DNA from: the human T2T-CHM13v2.0 reference genome, Homo sapiens
NCBI RefSeq assembly: GCF_009914755.1
Contig: NC_060934.1
DNA length: 64,000 nt
Strand: one strand, 5' to 3'
The notes beneath the pieces were generated by a model. The model was not told the DNA's origin. It saw only the letters and a program-made list of their open reading frames with translations, and made no database searches. A program made the translations under genes and the position numbers. Below, piece after piece: positions 24,541 to 38,796 of the stretch (position 1 is the stretch's first letter; each line of letters opens with the position of its first letter).

Positions 24541-27500
24541 AGGACAACAACAAAAGAACACAAAAGGAGTTTGGGAGCTACTACATTGACAAAACTATAA
24601 AATAAGTATTCGGAAGAAATATTGGAATACGTAGTGATTCTGTTTCCCTTTCCACTTCTATTGTCAAGTTCTATGTGTTTAAACAATAGATTTCTTGCTG
24701 CAGTTATGGCCATTAGTAAGTAGAAAAGGTTTTGCCTTTCATTTCACCTCTGCAAGCCAAGCTGATTCAACAATGCATCCTTCATCACATGCCATTAATC
24801 TTGGCTAAAGCCCTTCCTTAAGTAAACAACCAACCCTGATGATACAGCCATAATCTGTGAATTCAAGATTTTGTTCCCAAGGCAGGCAGTTTCCTTGCCT
24901 AAAAAATACATAGCAAATAGATCATGAAAGATTAAGGAAGCTAAGATGGGCTCCTCTGGCATGACAGGGAACGGCTGAGGTAAGTCAGCAAAAGCTACAT
25001 AAAGGACTGGGTCTTGGGCTTAAAGTTCAAATAGGCTTAGAGATAACCAAGGGGTAAGAAGAGGAAGTAGAATGAGTGTCAGTTACCAGAGGATTAAATG
25101 ATATTAGTATTGTTTAGTCTTTGCCAATTACCACGGGACCTTGAGAAAGCCCTTTAGGTTCTCTAGGTCTCAGTTTTCTCATCTGTTAAAATGGGTATAA
25201 TATGAATCATCCTATTTATATCTCAGGTTTGGAAAGAAGAAGAAAAAAGAGTACTTGACTAAGAACAAACCTTGGAGATTATCTGGGGAAGCAAAAATAT
25301 TTGAAAAAGCTTGAAGTGGTATACAAATGTTTACCAGTTTTTAACTACCTTTCTTCCTCTTCAGTTGATTTGTATTTTCAGCTTTCCAGCCCACCACATT
25401 GTCTAATCCCTCTTGATCTCCCCTTGATTCCTGCTTCCAGTTTGGCCAATAAAACTTCTGTTGTATGGTTGATGCCTTTTCATCATAAGCTGATTGCTCC
25501 TCTCTCCTTTCTCCTTGTTTTAGCATAAATCTATATTCCATCTCACCTGCTCCCAAAGCTGCCATGTCCCTAAATTTAGTCACAACCTCAAGTTGCGATA
25601 CTACTGTCTTCTATAATTTAATAACCTATACAAAGCCTCCTGTGTTTCTTTCTCATCTCATAATTGCATATCTCATTATGATAACTAATACAAAGCCAGG
25701 ACTTTGTCTTACAATTTCTTTAATCCCAATAATTTAGATTGAACTCATGGGCAGGAGACGCAATGAGTCATTTGGCAAATCTTTGCTCAAAGTTTTGTTG
25801 AATCATCCAGATGATGAAATCTGTTGCTTTAGTTCCACAGGGATGTTGAAGATAAATGTGCTAATATGTAAGAAGTGCTTTTAGCTCTTATAAAAAAGAA
25901 ACTCTATCAATCCAAGAGATTATTATTTCAGCTGAAAGGCCGTCAAGCATCTTCCCACAATTACTTATTTATAGCTTTAGAAGCTTTTAGCAAAGCAAAA
26001 ATCAGCATCTTCAATTAGGTCACCCAAGTTCCAAAATTATGAAGTATAGAAGCCAATATGTAACGAACAGCTAATGGGAATAGATCCTATGAAAAACTGT
26101 AGGCATTGTATAGGCATCTTAAGGAAGAGGCTGAAATTTAAGCAAAATCACACCTGATTTCCAGTGAGACTCAATGGCAGTGAACTTGGAGCCTCAGGTT
26201 CTCTTCTGTAAAACTGAGAGGACCCAATCTGATGCTTCGAATTCCTTTCCTGCTCTGACAATTCTATGCCACCAGGCTGGCAAAATTGCAAGTGATAAAG
26301 AAGGTGTTATCACATGGAAAACAACTGAGCATTTGCTGAAGTTCATGAAGAGAATAATTCACAGAGTCAGAGCAATATTTATACCCAACATTCCAATTTA
26401 GGTAATTAATTCAACAAAATGCTACATGTAAATCAAATAAGCAGTCAGAGAATATCAAAATGGATAGGAGTAAACATTTCTTTCTGGTTCAGATTAACTA
26501 GTGAAAGGTACTGAGAGAAAGAGAAAGGGAGAGATAAAGAGAGATAGACTAACTGACATATCCTGACTCTGACCTGTATATGTGTGGGCATCTGATGTGA
26601 AAGCCCAGGGATGTTCACAGTCAAAATAGAGTAAACAGTAAAGTAAGCTTTCCTGACATTCTTGGTGAGGAACCACAGAGATAAGAGAAAACCAGAAAGT
26701 GGTTCTTTTAAAAGCACTTTTGCCTAAATAGGTCTCATGACAGAATATAAGGTTTCGGGCCCTAAAAAAAAAAACCTCAGGAGTTCAAACTTGGTAAGTG
26801 AAAGAAGTGGCACATATCAGAATCAAGTTAGTGTCAGATATCTTTCAAAAGAACATTATCCAATATGAATGCCATTTTGATTATAGTTACCACGGACATT
26901 TTGTGATTTAAAAAAATTAGAGAAGGGCATGAAATTTTAATGTTTTTGAAAATATAGGTGGGTTATTAAAAAAGGTAAACAAAAATACTGATGCCATCCA
27001 ATCTTCATGCACAGAGAGTCAAAGCAATTTTCCCAAGGTCACCAGGTTAGTTGGTGGCTTTGATGTAGAGCTAGACTAGAACCCCGATTTTCTGACAATG
27101 CACTGAACAGATGAGATTACTCAAGTATCTGAGAAGGACACATTTGAGTAAGCAGTTAAACAATGCACAGTTACTAGGGAGCATCTTAACACCTCAGATC
27201 TTCCTTGAGGAAGAGGCTGGCATGCACTTTAGAAGGCAATCTGTACCATAACCTGTCTAGCCCCAGAGCCCACATCAGCAGTATCCTGCACTTATCTTTT
27301 CCCAACTGCTTCATTTCTTCTAATACCCAATTCTGAAAGGTTAATTAAATAGCATTTCCATGCAGTGAGTCTAGGCAGTGAGCTCTTCATAGTTGTTTAT
27401 AGAGTCCCTCAAAGACCTGTATGGGTCATCACTGAATTAAACAAGCACATCAAAACATGAAGTTCAAACAATGAGGCTGTCTGAAACATGACCAAGCACG

Positions 27501-29736
27501 AGAATAACGCTTCTATCAAATTCCTAAGTGTGGAGCCAGGCCTTGATTCTGTGCTCATCCTTCCTTTGAAAGACGGTTAGCTTCTGAAAACACAACTCCT
27601 CATTTTACATGGTGCTGTGACTAGCTTTAGTGGCTTAGCCCAAGAAAGACAAATTAGGACACTATGAAGATTGAAAGATTGAAAATAAGCTGCCCCTTAC
27701 AATTTCCTATTGTTCATGGTTATTTTTTAAGTGACTTGATTGCTTCATCACTACACCATGACATCGTTCCCAGAGGAGCCAGGGACGTAAGGCAGACGCC
27801 ACAGCCCTGATAACAGTGACTTACTGAAAATTCAAGCAACATTTGTTTTTAGAAACTGCATTGGCATTGAAATCACATCTTAAGACTCAAGGAGGAGCTA
27901 GATAGGGAATATGTTGGGTTTCCCTGAATAAATCAGTATTATCTTCTCCCTTGAATAGAAAGGGCAAGGTAATTTCCAACAAGGTTTCCATGGACATAGA
28001 ACGAACTCTGACCTCTTGGGGACCACATCTACTTGTATTAAATATGCATAAGCAAAGGAGAAATGCTGGCAGAAAGGTTTTCTAGATTTGGTAGGAGAAA
28101 GACATGTCTTAACTTGCCTTCTGTGTTGTGAGGAAGATAATTCACAGAAGAAATTAGAAATATGATTTCCTGTCAAATCTTCAGGAATAAGGGCTGCTTA
28201 TTTTAAATGTCTATGTGTTATTGGATAATATAAATAACTTATGTATTTGGAGCCCAAAAGTTCAGTGTTAAAATCTAGCTTTAATTCAACTGCCAAAAAT
28301 AAATGTGATTACAGGACCCAGGGACCCCATCTCAGGTATTTTATGACAGGCAAAAACCCAAGGGAATTCCAGAGCCTGCTGATATGAAAGTCACATGGTT
28401 TTGAAGTTATGACGCTGAATCTCTGTAATCCATCAGATCCAACTATTTGACAATTGTTGAGTCACTTATAAATAACACATCTTGAGGTGCTTTGTTATCT
28501 TCTCTCAAGCAGCCTATCTTCCTTCCTGTTTCTCTGTAAGTCTAGGAGAAAGTAAGAAAGAAAGGAAGTAAAAGGGACTTATATAAGGAGATGTGGAATA
28601 GGAAAGAAAGGCAAGGAGAAAAAGGGGGAAAAGAGGGTACACGTATTCCAAGTAAAATAGGTACTCTTACCCCAAATAGAATGGATAGAATTTTCTCTAA
28701 AAAGCCTTTACAGATTAGTAAAGATTAAGAGTTTATTTTTGTAGGAAAAATAAGAAGTGAGTATAAGAAAGTAAGCATGATTTTTAAGCTTTTGGGTGAA
28801 TGTGTTGACAGAATAGAGATGAACAGTGGGAACATTGGTTCAGCAGAAGGCTTTTGGCCTGGAAGGACAGTTCTTGGTTTTGGCCCTGGCTTGGCTCCCA
28901 ACTGGCAAAAATTCACTTAGCTTCTCCACAGTTCAGGTGCTTCCTCTATAAAAATGGACAAAATTCCCTGTCCTACTTTCATCACACGAGTGCTGGAGGA
29001 TTAAGTAAGCTAATCGATGCAAAATTTCTTTAAAACACTAGAGCTCTATATACAAACATATTATTAACAGTATATATTATTCAGTAAGTCATCACTTTGA
29101 ATCTCATATTTTAATGTAACATTTAAATACAAACCATTACTTTGATCCTCACACCGTTTTTCTAAAAGAAAAAAAGGAAGGTTTGGAAATTGTTAGTCCT
29201 ACTTGACTGTGGTGACTGGTAAAAGTATATTTATCCTATGTGGATGCAGATATGCTTATATACAAGTAGTAAACAATCATATGAAGTTATATTTTTGGAA
29301 ATTTTACTTGAGCTTTTTTATCTGGCTCATCAAAAAATATAATGATCATTTCAGAGTCCATTATTTAAAGTTTTTCTGAACAATGCATTTAACTAGCACC
29401 AGTGTGGTAGATGGCTCATAGGCTTGGAAGTCTGGGCAGAAAGTCTGCCTGAAGGCTGAATGCCAAGAAAATCAAAGAGGGAGAACTGGAATGTTTAGAC
29501 ATAGGAGTGTGTGGGAATACCAGCCCAGAATTCACTGGTCTGTACCCTGTAATATCTGCCTTCAAATAGTCCAAAGACCAAACATTGTCATTCCCCTAAA
29601 GATGCCTAGAATGAGGTGGTATCGGTGGTCCATAGAGTGCAAGAGAAATGACTAGCCATCTGTTCATCAACTCCAAACTGGCAGGGCTTCTCTATTCTCA
29701 GAATCTGCTCTGGTGAAAAATGAGGAGGTTAAATTC

Positions 29737-29866
29737 GGGGTGACGATGTAATTCTTTGTTCAAATCAGGACACTATTAAGATTGAAAGGGGGTGCTATCA
29801 ATAACTGCACCAGGGTAACAGAGCTGAATGATTTGTCCCAGGCAATCGATGGGTATGGTTATCCTA
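29737..29866 (-). mobile_element. MER94-like hAT MITE
   Basis: ggggtgac...aaatcaggacact..gattgaaagggggtgctatcaataa...gtcccaggcaa..tatggttatccta; antisense relative of the 23395 copy. Confidence 0.65.
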
Positions 29867-30049
29867 GTTACACGTATTACTGCTGTTTTTTACCCCAGAG
29901 AATTTTTTTATTAGCATAAAATACACACAGTCAACTTGTGGGTAATGAGAGAAAAATCATGACTTCTTATTTCCTCATTTCTCAGAAGTCTAAGTTTTAT
30001 GGAGTTTTAAAGGCATATTTCATAACACAAATAGGTCTGAAATAAAAAA

Positions 30050-30207
30050 AAAACTTGGATTTGAATTCTTACTCTACTATCTCTTAGCTGTGTAAGCCCA
30101 GGTTAAAGGAACAGCCTCTCTGAGACTTAGCCTCTTCATCTATAACACAGGGAAAGAAATGTAAACCTTATAAGTTTGTTTTGAGGATTAAGTTAATGCA
30201 TGTAAAG
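30050..30207 (+). mobile_element. MIR, interrupted by MER1A
   Basis: ggatttgaattcttactctact..tagctgtgt..cctctctgagacttagcctcttcatctataa..gttttgaggattaagttaatgcatgtaaag. Confidence 0.65.
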
Positions 30208-30761
30208 CAGTGGTTCCCAACCTTTTTGGCACCAGGAACTGGTTTTGTGGAAGACAATTTTTCCACGGACCAGGAGAGGGGGATGGTTTTGGGATGATTC
30301 AAGCACATTATATTTATTGCGTACTTTGTTTCTATTATTAATACATTGTAATATACAATGAAATAATTACACAACTCACCATAATGTAGTCAGTGGGAGC
30401 CCTGAGCTTGTTTTCCTGAAACTAGATGGTCCCATCTGGGGGTGATGGTGATAGTGACAAATCACCAGGCATTAGATTCTCATAAGGAGCATACAGCCTA
30501 GATCCCTCACACACATAGTTCACAGTAGGGTTTGTGCAGTTCACAGCAGGGTTTGCTCAGTTCACAGTAGGGTTTGTGCTCCTCTGAGACTCTAATGCCG
30601 CTGCTGATCTGACAGGAGGCAGAGCTCAGGTGGTAATGTTAGCCATGGAGAGCGGCTGTAAATACAGATGAAGTTTTGCTCTCTGGACAACTGCTCATCT
30701 CCTGCTGTGCAGCCCGGTTCCTAACAGGCCACAGACCACTACTGGGGAATAAGGACCCCCG
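30208..30761 (+). mobile_element. MER1A (hAT-Charlie)
   Basis: cagtggttcccaacctttttggcaccagg...ggacccccg; 8-bp TSD atgtaaag (30200-30207) / aagtaaag (30762-30769), 7/8 match. Confidence 0.9.
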
Positions 30762-30810
30762 AAGTAAAGTATTTATCATAATTATTATTACCATCATTAA
30801 AATATAAATT

Positions 30811-31040
30811 ACTCTCATAAGTGGGAGTTGGACAATGAGAACACGAGGACACAGGGAGGGGAACATCACACACTGAGGCCTGTTAGCTGGTGGGGGGGCT
30901 AGGGAAGGGATAGCATTAGGAGAAATACCTAATGTAGGTGACGGGTGGGAGGGTGCAGCAAACCACCATGGCAAGTGTATACCTATGTAATAAACCTGCT
31001 TGTTCTGCACATGTATCCCAGAACTTAAAGTATAATTTAA
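30811..31040 (+). mobile_element. 5'-truncated L1PA 3' UTR
   Basis: ctcataagtgggagttggacaatgagaacac...gcacatgtatcccagaacttaaagtataat; TSD aaaatataaatt (30799-30810) / aaaatgtaaatt (31041-31052). Confidence 0.9.
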
Positions 31041-31975
31041 AAAATGTAAATTCCTAGGACAACATCTAACACAAAAAGGTCCCACATTCAGCCATATACA
31101 TCTAAACAATTCTTCGTGGTGTCTTTGCCCTTCTGACTCATTCCTTTCCATCTGTCTGTTAGCCTGTTTTCCATGCCACCTGGATCACAAACTGTATGCC
31201 TTAACTCTATCCTACCTATCTCATGAAATGAAATCAGAATTCCAAACATTCAAAGAAGCCTAAAATGTGTCTGAAGAGGTGATCAATAAACATTATTCTG
31301 ATGGCTGTTTGCCATCCCTGTTTATAAATAAGTACTTGACTTGCAAAGTGGATATTGGCAGTATCACATTAAATAGGCCTAATATCCATACAAGTCAGAA
31401 TAACTGTTCCTTCTTGCAGGAATTTGGGGCTGCATCAAATATTATAACAATTGCTATTAACATATGAATGGTAATTTTTCATCAAACCAGCTGGATCTTT
31501 CTTTTCTTTTCTTCCTTTTGTTTGCTTTATATGAAGGTATTAAGAGTTTGGTGCCCCCAGTAGAGGGCTCGTCTCTAAGGTATGTTGTATTTTCTTGGGA
31601 ATAAACTTTTAGAGAGTTCACACAAAGGTATCCTCTGAAGGACATTAGGCCACAGTATCTGATGACCATAAACTCTTACTTCCTAGTTCCTCCCTTGATT
31701 CAGGGTGACACTGATAGCAGAAGATCTCCTAACACATATAAAGGTAAACATCCTTATTGGCACTTTTAATGCAAAGACATCTACTGTATTCTTTATTAAC
31801 TCTAGGAATTGACTATCCATGGAGTATGTCAGCTCCCTTCTTAAATAATGATGACAAAATAATAAAAAGGGATAACTTTTAGAACACGGAGTTGCATTAG
31901 AAAAAGCTGAACAAACATGAGGCCAAATATTACAGCTCTTGTACATTCAGGTGGAGGCCTAGGAGGAGGCCCAGC

Positions 31976-32618
31976 ATGGGTACAGGAATAAAATGTTTCT
32001 CAGCATTATTCTAAGATCTTGCAGTAATGAGGAGAGCATGACAAGTTCTTACCAAGTGAAATTATCCCACTGTGGCTCTGCTGCTGTTCTGAGAAAGTCA
32101 TTTACAGAATAAATATCTTCATGAACAAGTTGAAAATTTGACCCAGGTTCCTCTTCCCGCATCAGCCCACTCCATCATCAAGAGTCCCCTTCCTTTTTCC
32201 ATCCTCAGCCAAAGGTTGGCCACAGCGATAGAGTCCCTTTGAGACCAAGACAGTGGGATCATGATGACAGAGACTGCCCCCAGTGCTCTTTAAAAACTGT
32301 TCCACTTCAGGTGCTAATCACAGTCTAAATGGCCAGAAATGATTGATAAAAAAGAAACATTAAAACAACAAAAAGACATACAAAGAACAACACTGAAAAG
32401 AGAACATAAGTAACACCAGGCATGGTGGTTCTTGCCTGTAATCCCAGCACTTTGGGAGGCCAAGGTGGGTGGATTGCTTGAGGTCAGCTGTTCTGACTTT
32501 CTCAGAACAGCAGCAGAGCCACAGTGGGATAATTTCACTTGGTAAGAACTTGTCATGCTCTCCTCATTACTGCAAGATCTTAGAATAATGCTGAGAAACA
32601 TTTTATTCATGTACCCAT
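31976..32618. repeat. 125-bp near-perfect inverted repeat (arms 31976-32100 and 32494-32618)
   Basis: Base-by-base comparison: 124/125 identity in reverse complement, single mismatch 31985/32609; 393-bp spacer. Confidence 0.97.
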
Positions 32619-32870
32619 TGAGTTTGAGACCAGCCTGGCCAACATGGTGAAACCCCGTCTCTACTAAAAATATAAAAATTAGCCCCAGTTGTAGTGGTGC
32701 ACAACTATAATCACAGCCATGTTGGGAGGCTGAGGCATGAGAATCACTTGAATCCAGGAGGCAGAGGTTGCAGTGAGCCGAGATCATGCCACCGCACGAT
32801 CGTGCCACTGCAGCCAGGGCGACAGAGTGAGACTCTGTCTCAAAAAGAACGAAAGAAAAAGAAAAAACAA
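32415..32870 (+). mobile_element. AluS carrying a 132-bp non-Alu insertion
   Basis: Alu left arm breaks at gaggtcag (32487) and resumes at gagtttgagaccagcctggccaacatgg (32620); right arm and A-tail follow. Confidence 0.92.
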
Positions 32871-34759
32871 ATGTTTAAGTTGCCTAGGGATGACAAAGGA
32901 AGTAGGGAGGTGGAGGGCAGAGAAGGGAGCAGGAACCAGGAAGAAGGCTTGAAATAATCGAATTTTGCTTTTACAATATTTTAGAAAAACACTCTTACTA
33001 CATCATCGAGATAACCACCCAGAGTATATCCAAGTTCTTGATCTATTTCCAAATTCTGAGTACATATATCAAATGCAGCTCGAATGAGTAGTGCTTTCCT
33101 TGGAGGATCCTGCCAGCAGGATATGCATGGCCTGCAGAATAACTCTGAAATCTCTTACTATGCATCATCTCCAGCTGCTGAAACTTTCTACACTTGGCAT
33201 GTGCTAAACAGATTTTGTAGAAATTCACAGCAAGTACCAGCTATGTTTATTACTCATTAGCCTTAAAAAAGTCAACTGTGTCATAAAAGTGGAACAAACA
33301 GAATATACAAGCAACTAATTTTAGAATACTTTATATAACAATAAGGAAGTCCTTGATTAAACATTCAAAACCTCTATGGAATATCAAAAATGTGTTTGTG
33401 CTCTCATATTTCTTGATTAAAGAAAATGGTTTTACCTTTGCTTGTGAATATTCATCTTAATTTTAGTATAACATACAGATACTTGTCAGCTTATAATTTT
33501 GATTTTCAAAAATTTATTTTCATATTAATGGCCCTATAGCATAGCCCATGTTTTCAATATTCAGAAGGAATATAGTCTACTTATTATACTATAGGTAATT
33601 AGAATATGGCATTTAAATCAAATCACACATTGAATAGAGTACATGAAGTCACTATTTAAAGAAAATTAGTGATTTTAACAAAACAAAATAACAAAGTGAA
33701 AACATTTTTAATGTGAGTTATCTTCCAATTTGTTTTCTTTAAAAAATTAAATCCACTTGATCATCAACTCCTAGTTCAGAATTGTATATAGAGAGCCTTA
33801 AATTCTTTGGCAGGTTCATCTTGAATGGAATTGTTAACAGCATATGGCCTTCCTGCACTGCCACCCTGTGGAATATTCAGAGAAAACAACCAGACTTGGA
33901 AAAGCATAAACTTAGGAACTATGCTCCCAATCTGCATCCCAGAGTACGACTAGATCTTTTTATTATTTAGTACAGTGTATGCATTTTTGCAGAAGCTCAA
34001 ATCAAATGGTTTCAGAATCTATACACCTGCAATAACTTTACACTTTAGAATTTTTCAGAGCATTCTCCAAACTGAAAACTCAGTGAGGTTTTATTTTTGA
34101 TTAATGTAAAAATTTGTTTTATGTGAACTTGAGTTTCTTTTCAGCAAGTATGCTCACTTTTTTTCAAAGAGGATTATGTATAAGGCTCTGTGAAAATGCC
34201 CAACAGAAGTAAATGAAAAAGTGTATTGGGCAACGAACTATAAGCATAACTCTGAAAAGAGGGTTGCGATTATCTGAATACTACACCTTTTCCTATGGAC
34301 CAACCTCATTCTTGAGAACGGTGTTACTTTAACAGTGATCATTGGAATAAAATGTCATAATGCATTGCTCAGTATTTTGTTTTTAATATATTGTTTCTTT
34401 GTATTACAAAACAGTATAGGATTACGGGTTGAATCTGTTTTCCTTTGTTGGTCATTGGAATGTATATTTTTGAAAGTTTGTACACTTTCCTAAGAAAAGT
34501 TGTTTCCTACTAATTTGATGTAAATGATATTTTACATTGGAAATAATAATCCATTTATCAAAACAAGTGTATAAACTGTTGCCTTAAAAGACAAATTTAG
34601 TTCTGTCTCCATATTATTTTCTCTTACTTCCAGCACATTTTCTTTTCTTAGAACAATCTTTCCTCTAGGTGAGTCCTAATCACCATATAGACCTTTATCA
34701 AAAATCTTCCTTGGGCAAAAATTATCTTTTTTCCTTAAGATGAATTTTCATTTTAAAAA

Positions 34760-36075
<1,316 letters not shown>

Positions 36076-37450
36076 GCACACGGTGTCACATCAACACAAT
36101 CTATTTTAATCCACAAATATTGTGGTGGATTTAAACAGAAACAGAACAACAGATTTAATCAGGACATTGCAGAGAATCAGTTATCACATGGGGTCTGTCA
36201 AATCTTCATCTAGTCTGTTGTAGACTGGAGTCAGAACGCACAGGACCCCATGTAGCCTTCAGGCATGTGGGCCTTTCTTCCACCTGGAACACTGCTCCTC
36301 TTAACCAAGCCTCTGGTTGAACTACCACTGATTCCAGAGTGTTTAGACCACTTGTTTGGGCATTACAAATTCACAATTACTATTTAAATGTGGTGGAAAG
36401 TGAACACAGTCTGAGATTCATGAACACAGGCAGATGGTCCTGATAGAGGAAGTTAGAGTCCTAGAGGACTCAGCGCTGGCCAGACAACAGATGGGGTGGG
36501 ATTTCTGGGTGCCACATTTTATGAAGGATTAAAAAAAAATTGAAATGCCACTAGGCAAAGGTGGACAGGATATTGACAGGTGGGAGAAAACAGCTGAAGA
36601 CACTTCAAAGAAGAAAAGATACAAGAAAGACCTTTAGCATGTCCTTAACTCAGCAGTAGGGCTGTCATGTAGGGGAACCCTGCAGTGCTGCAGGGGCCAG
36701 GGACCCAAAAGCAGAGTTACAGAGACAGGGACTCAGGATCTGATGTAAAGCAGTTTTAGCACAGTGCCTGGCACTGAAGAGGGACTTAATAACTATTGCT
36801 AAATAAAGGAATGAATGAACAGATTCAAGCTTCCAAACAATGCAAGTGGCTATCCAAAAATTTAATAGGTTCCATGACCCTGGAATGCTCGAGCAGAAGG
36901 ATATGGTAGAAAGGATTCCTACAGTGTGCATAAGGGGGAGAGGGGAACAGGGATATAAATTTAGTAATCTCCTGACCTAGAGCAAAGCACTCACATCAAG
37001 ATTTCACATTAGATCTTTTCACCCTAATTGTCCTGTCAGATGAAGAAACAGACTTAAAAGGATTAAGCAACTTATGCAGTACCTCACAGAAAGTGAGACT
37101 TGATTTGAAGTCTGCCTCCAGAATGTAGGTATTTCTATTTAACCACACCATCATGAGTTGGCTCAGAGGTTCTTATACACTCCAAAACTCTATGCTTTTA
37201 TTAAATTTCTAGCAATTATTATATAACAGCAAAGAGTTATTTACTATTTTTTCCAAATGGAAAAGCTGAAGTGTCCATTAAAGCTGAGAGGAGGCCAAGC
37301 TTATCTTAGCCAGAAATTCATGCTGACCCTTATGTATGATGGTCATACCTAATTTTCTACTCTCCAATTCCTAAATTAGCTAGTGGTTTTAGGAACACAC
37401 CTAGCTTAAAAATAACTTTCAATACACCAGTTTGCTCTTGCCCAAAGTTT

Positions 37451-37516
37451 TATATATATATAAATATGTATGTATGTACATATAAATACATATATATATA
37501 TGTATGTATGTATGTA
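37451..37516. repeat. (TA)n/(TATG)n compound microsatellite
   Basis: tatatatatataaatatgtatgtatgtacatataaatacatatatatatatgtatgtatgtatgta. Confidence 0.9.
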
Positions 37517-38595
37517 TTGAAGAGTGAGGCTTGGATGGCCAGGACAGGCATTAAAAATGAGAACTCCGTTGTCTGAAATAATACAGCCTCAACTCCACTT
37601 ACAATTAGGCCTACATTGAAAGGATGGGATATGAAGCTTCTATGAAAATTTACTCTCCCACCTTCCCGCTCCTCTGCTAAATCCCTTTGAAGACCTAACC
37701 TAGTTCCCACATCCCAGCATCCAGTACTTTAGTTGTTAAAGCAATAAAAAGCCCAGTTTAAAATGCCAAGTGTGGGGAAGAGTAAGGCAAATGTGAATGC
37801 CTAAGCCATTTCCAGCTATTCACAACCTCACAATGATTGGATGATTAGGTGTTAGATGAAAAAAATAAAAAGTTTCTATTAAGTGAGGAAGACCAAATAA
37901 GTGATCAGTACAAAACCTCAATGGAGCCTTGAGCGGCCAGCAGTAATGACATAAGGAAGGGACGAGCAAAGAATAATTGTGTTCTCTATAATTTACCATA
38001 AGGGAAAGTGCATCAGACCTCTGAGATATTTCCCCTGATAACATTTTGATTCTGATTCCCTCAAGAGCAGATGAGCTGATCCTTTGCTGTGGGGAGGGAG
38101 AAAAGCAGGAAGAAAAATTTTTAAATCACGGAAAATCCCTTTGGCCATTTCACAGAATGAACATCTCTCCCCTAAGAGTCTTAAAACAAGGTGAACCTAG
38201 TCTGTCATTCCCTTTCAAAGTCTCATGGATGTGGGAACCCCTGGGATTCTACTGTTTAAAATAATATTTTTTTCTCATAACATGATCCTAAACACAAACC
38301 AGCCAATCCAACTGAAGAAAGAAAGAGCTATTCCAAAGCTGCAGGCAACGTTTGTACTGTTGAAATTATTAAGAAATGATAGATTATCTAGGAGCCTTTC
38401 AAGGTGAATTTTGATGAGCCTTGACTTCGAGACCTTAGCCACTGAGTAAGATGTGGCTCCACTGTAAAAATGACTCAATGTGGTGGCTCCCTGTAGCTAA
38501 CTTCTGTGAACTGCTAGAGAAGGGAATATCTTATTTATCAAAAATATTGCATTAAACAGAATCCTGTGGTAGAGACTGGCAAAAACATTTTGTTA

Positions 38596-38796
<201 letters not shown>

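Noticed and set aside
30639-31151. 170-aa minus-strand ORF
   Set aside because: Composed of antisense L1PA 3' UTR and MER1A
32314-32808. 164-aa minus-strand ORF through the Alu and its insertion
   Set aside because: Typical antisense-Alu translation; open frame across the insert has no supporting gene context
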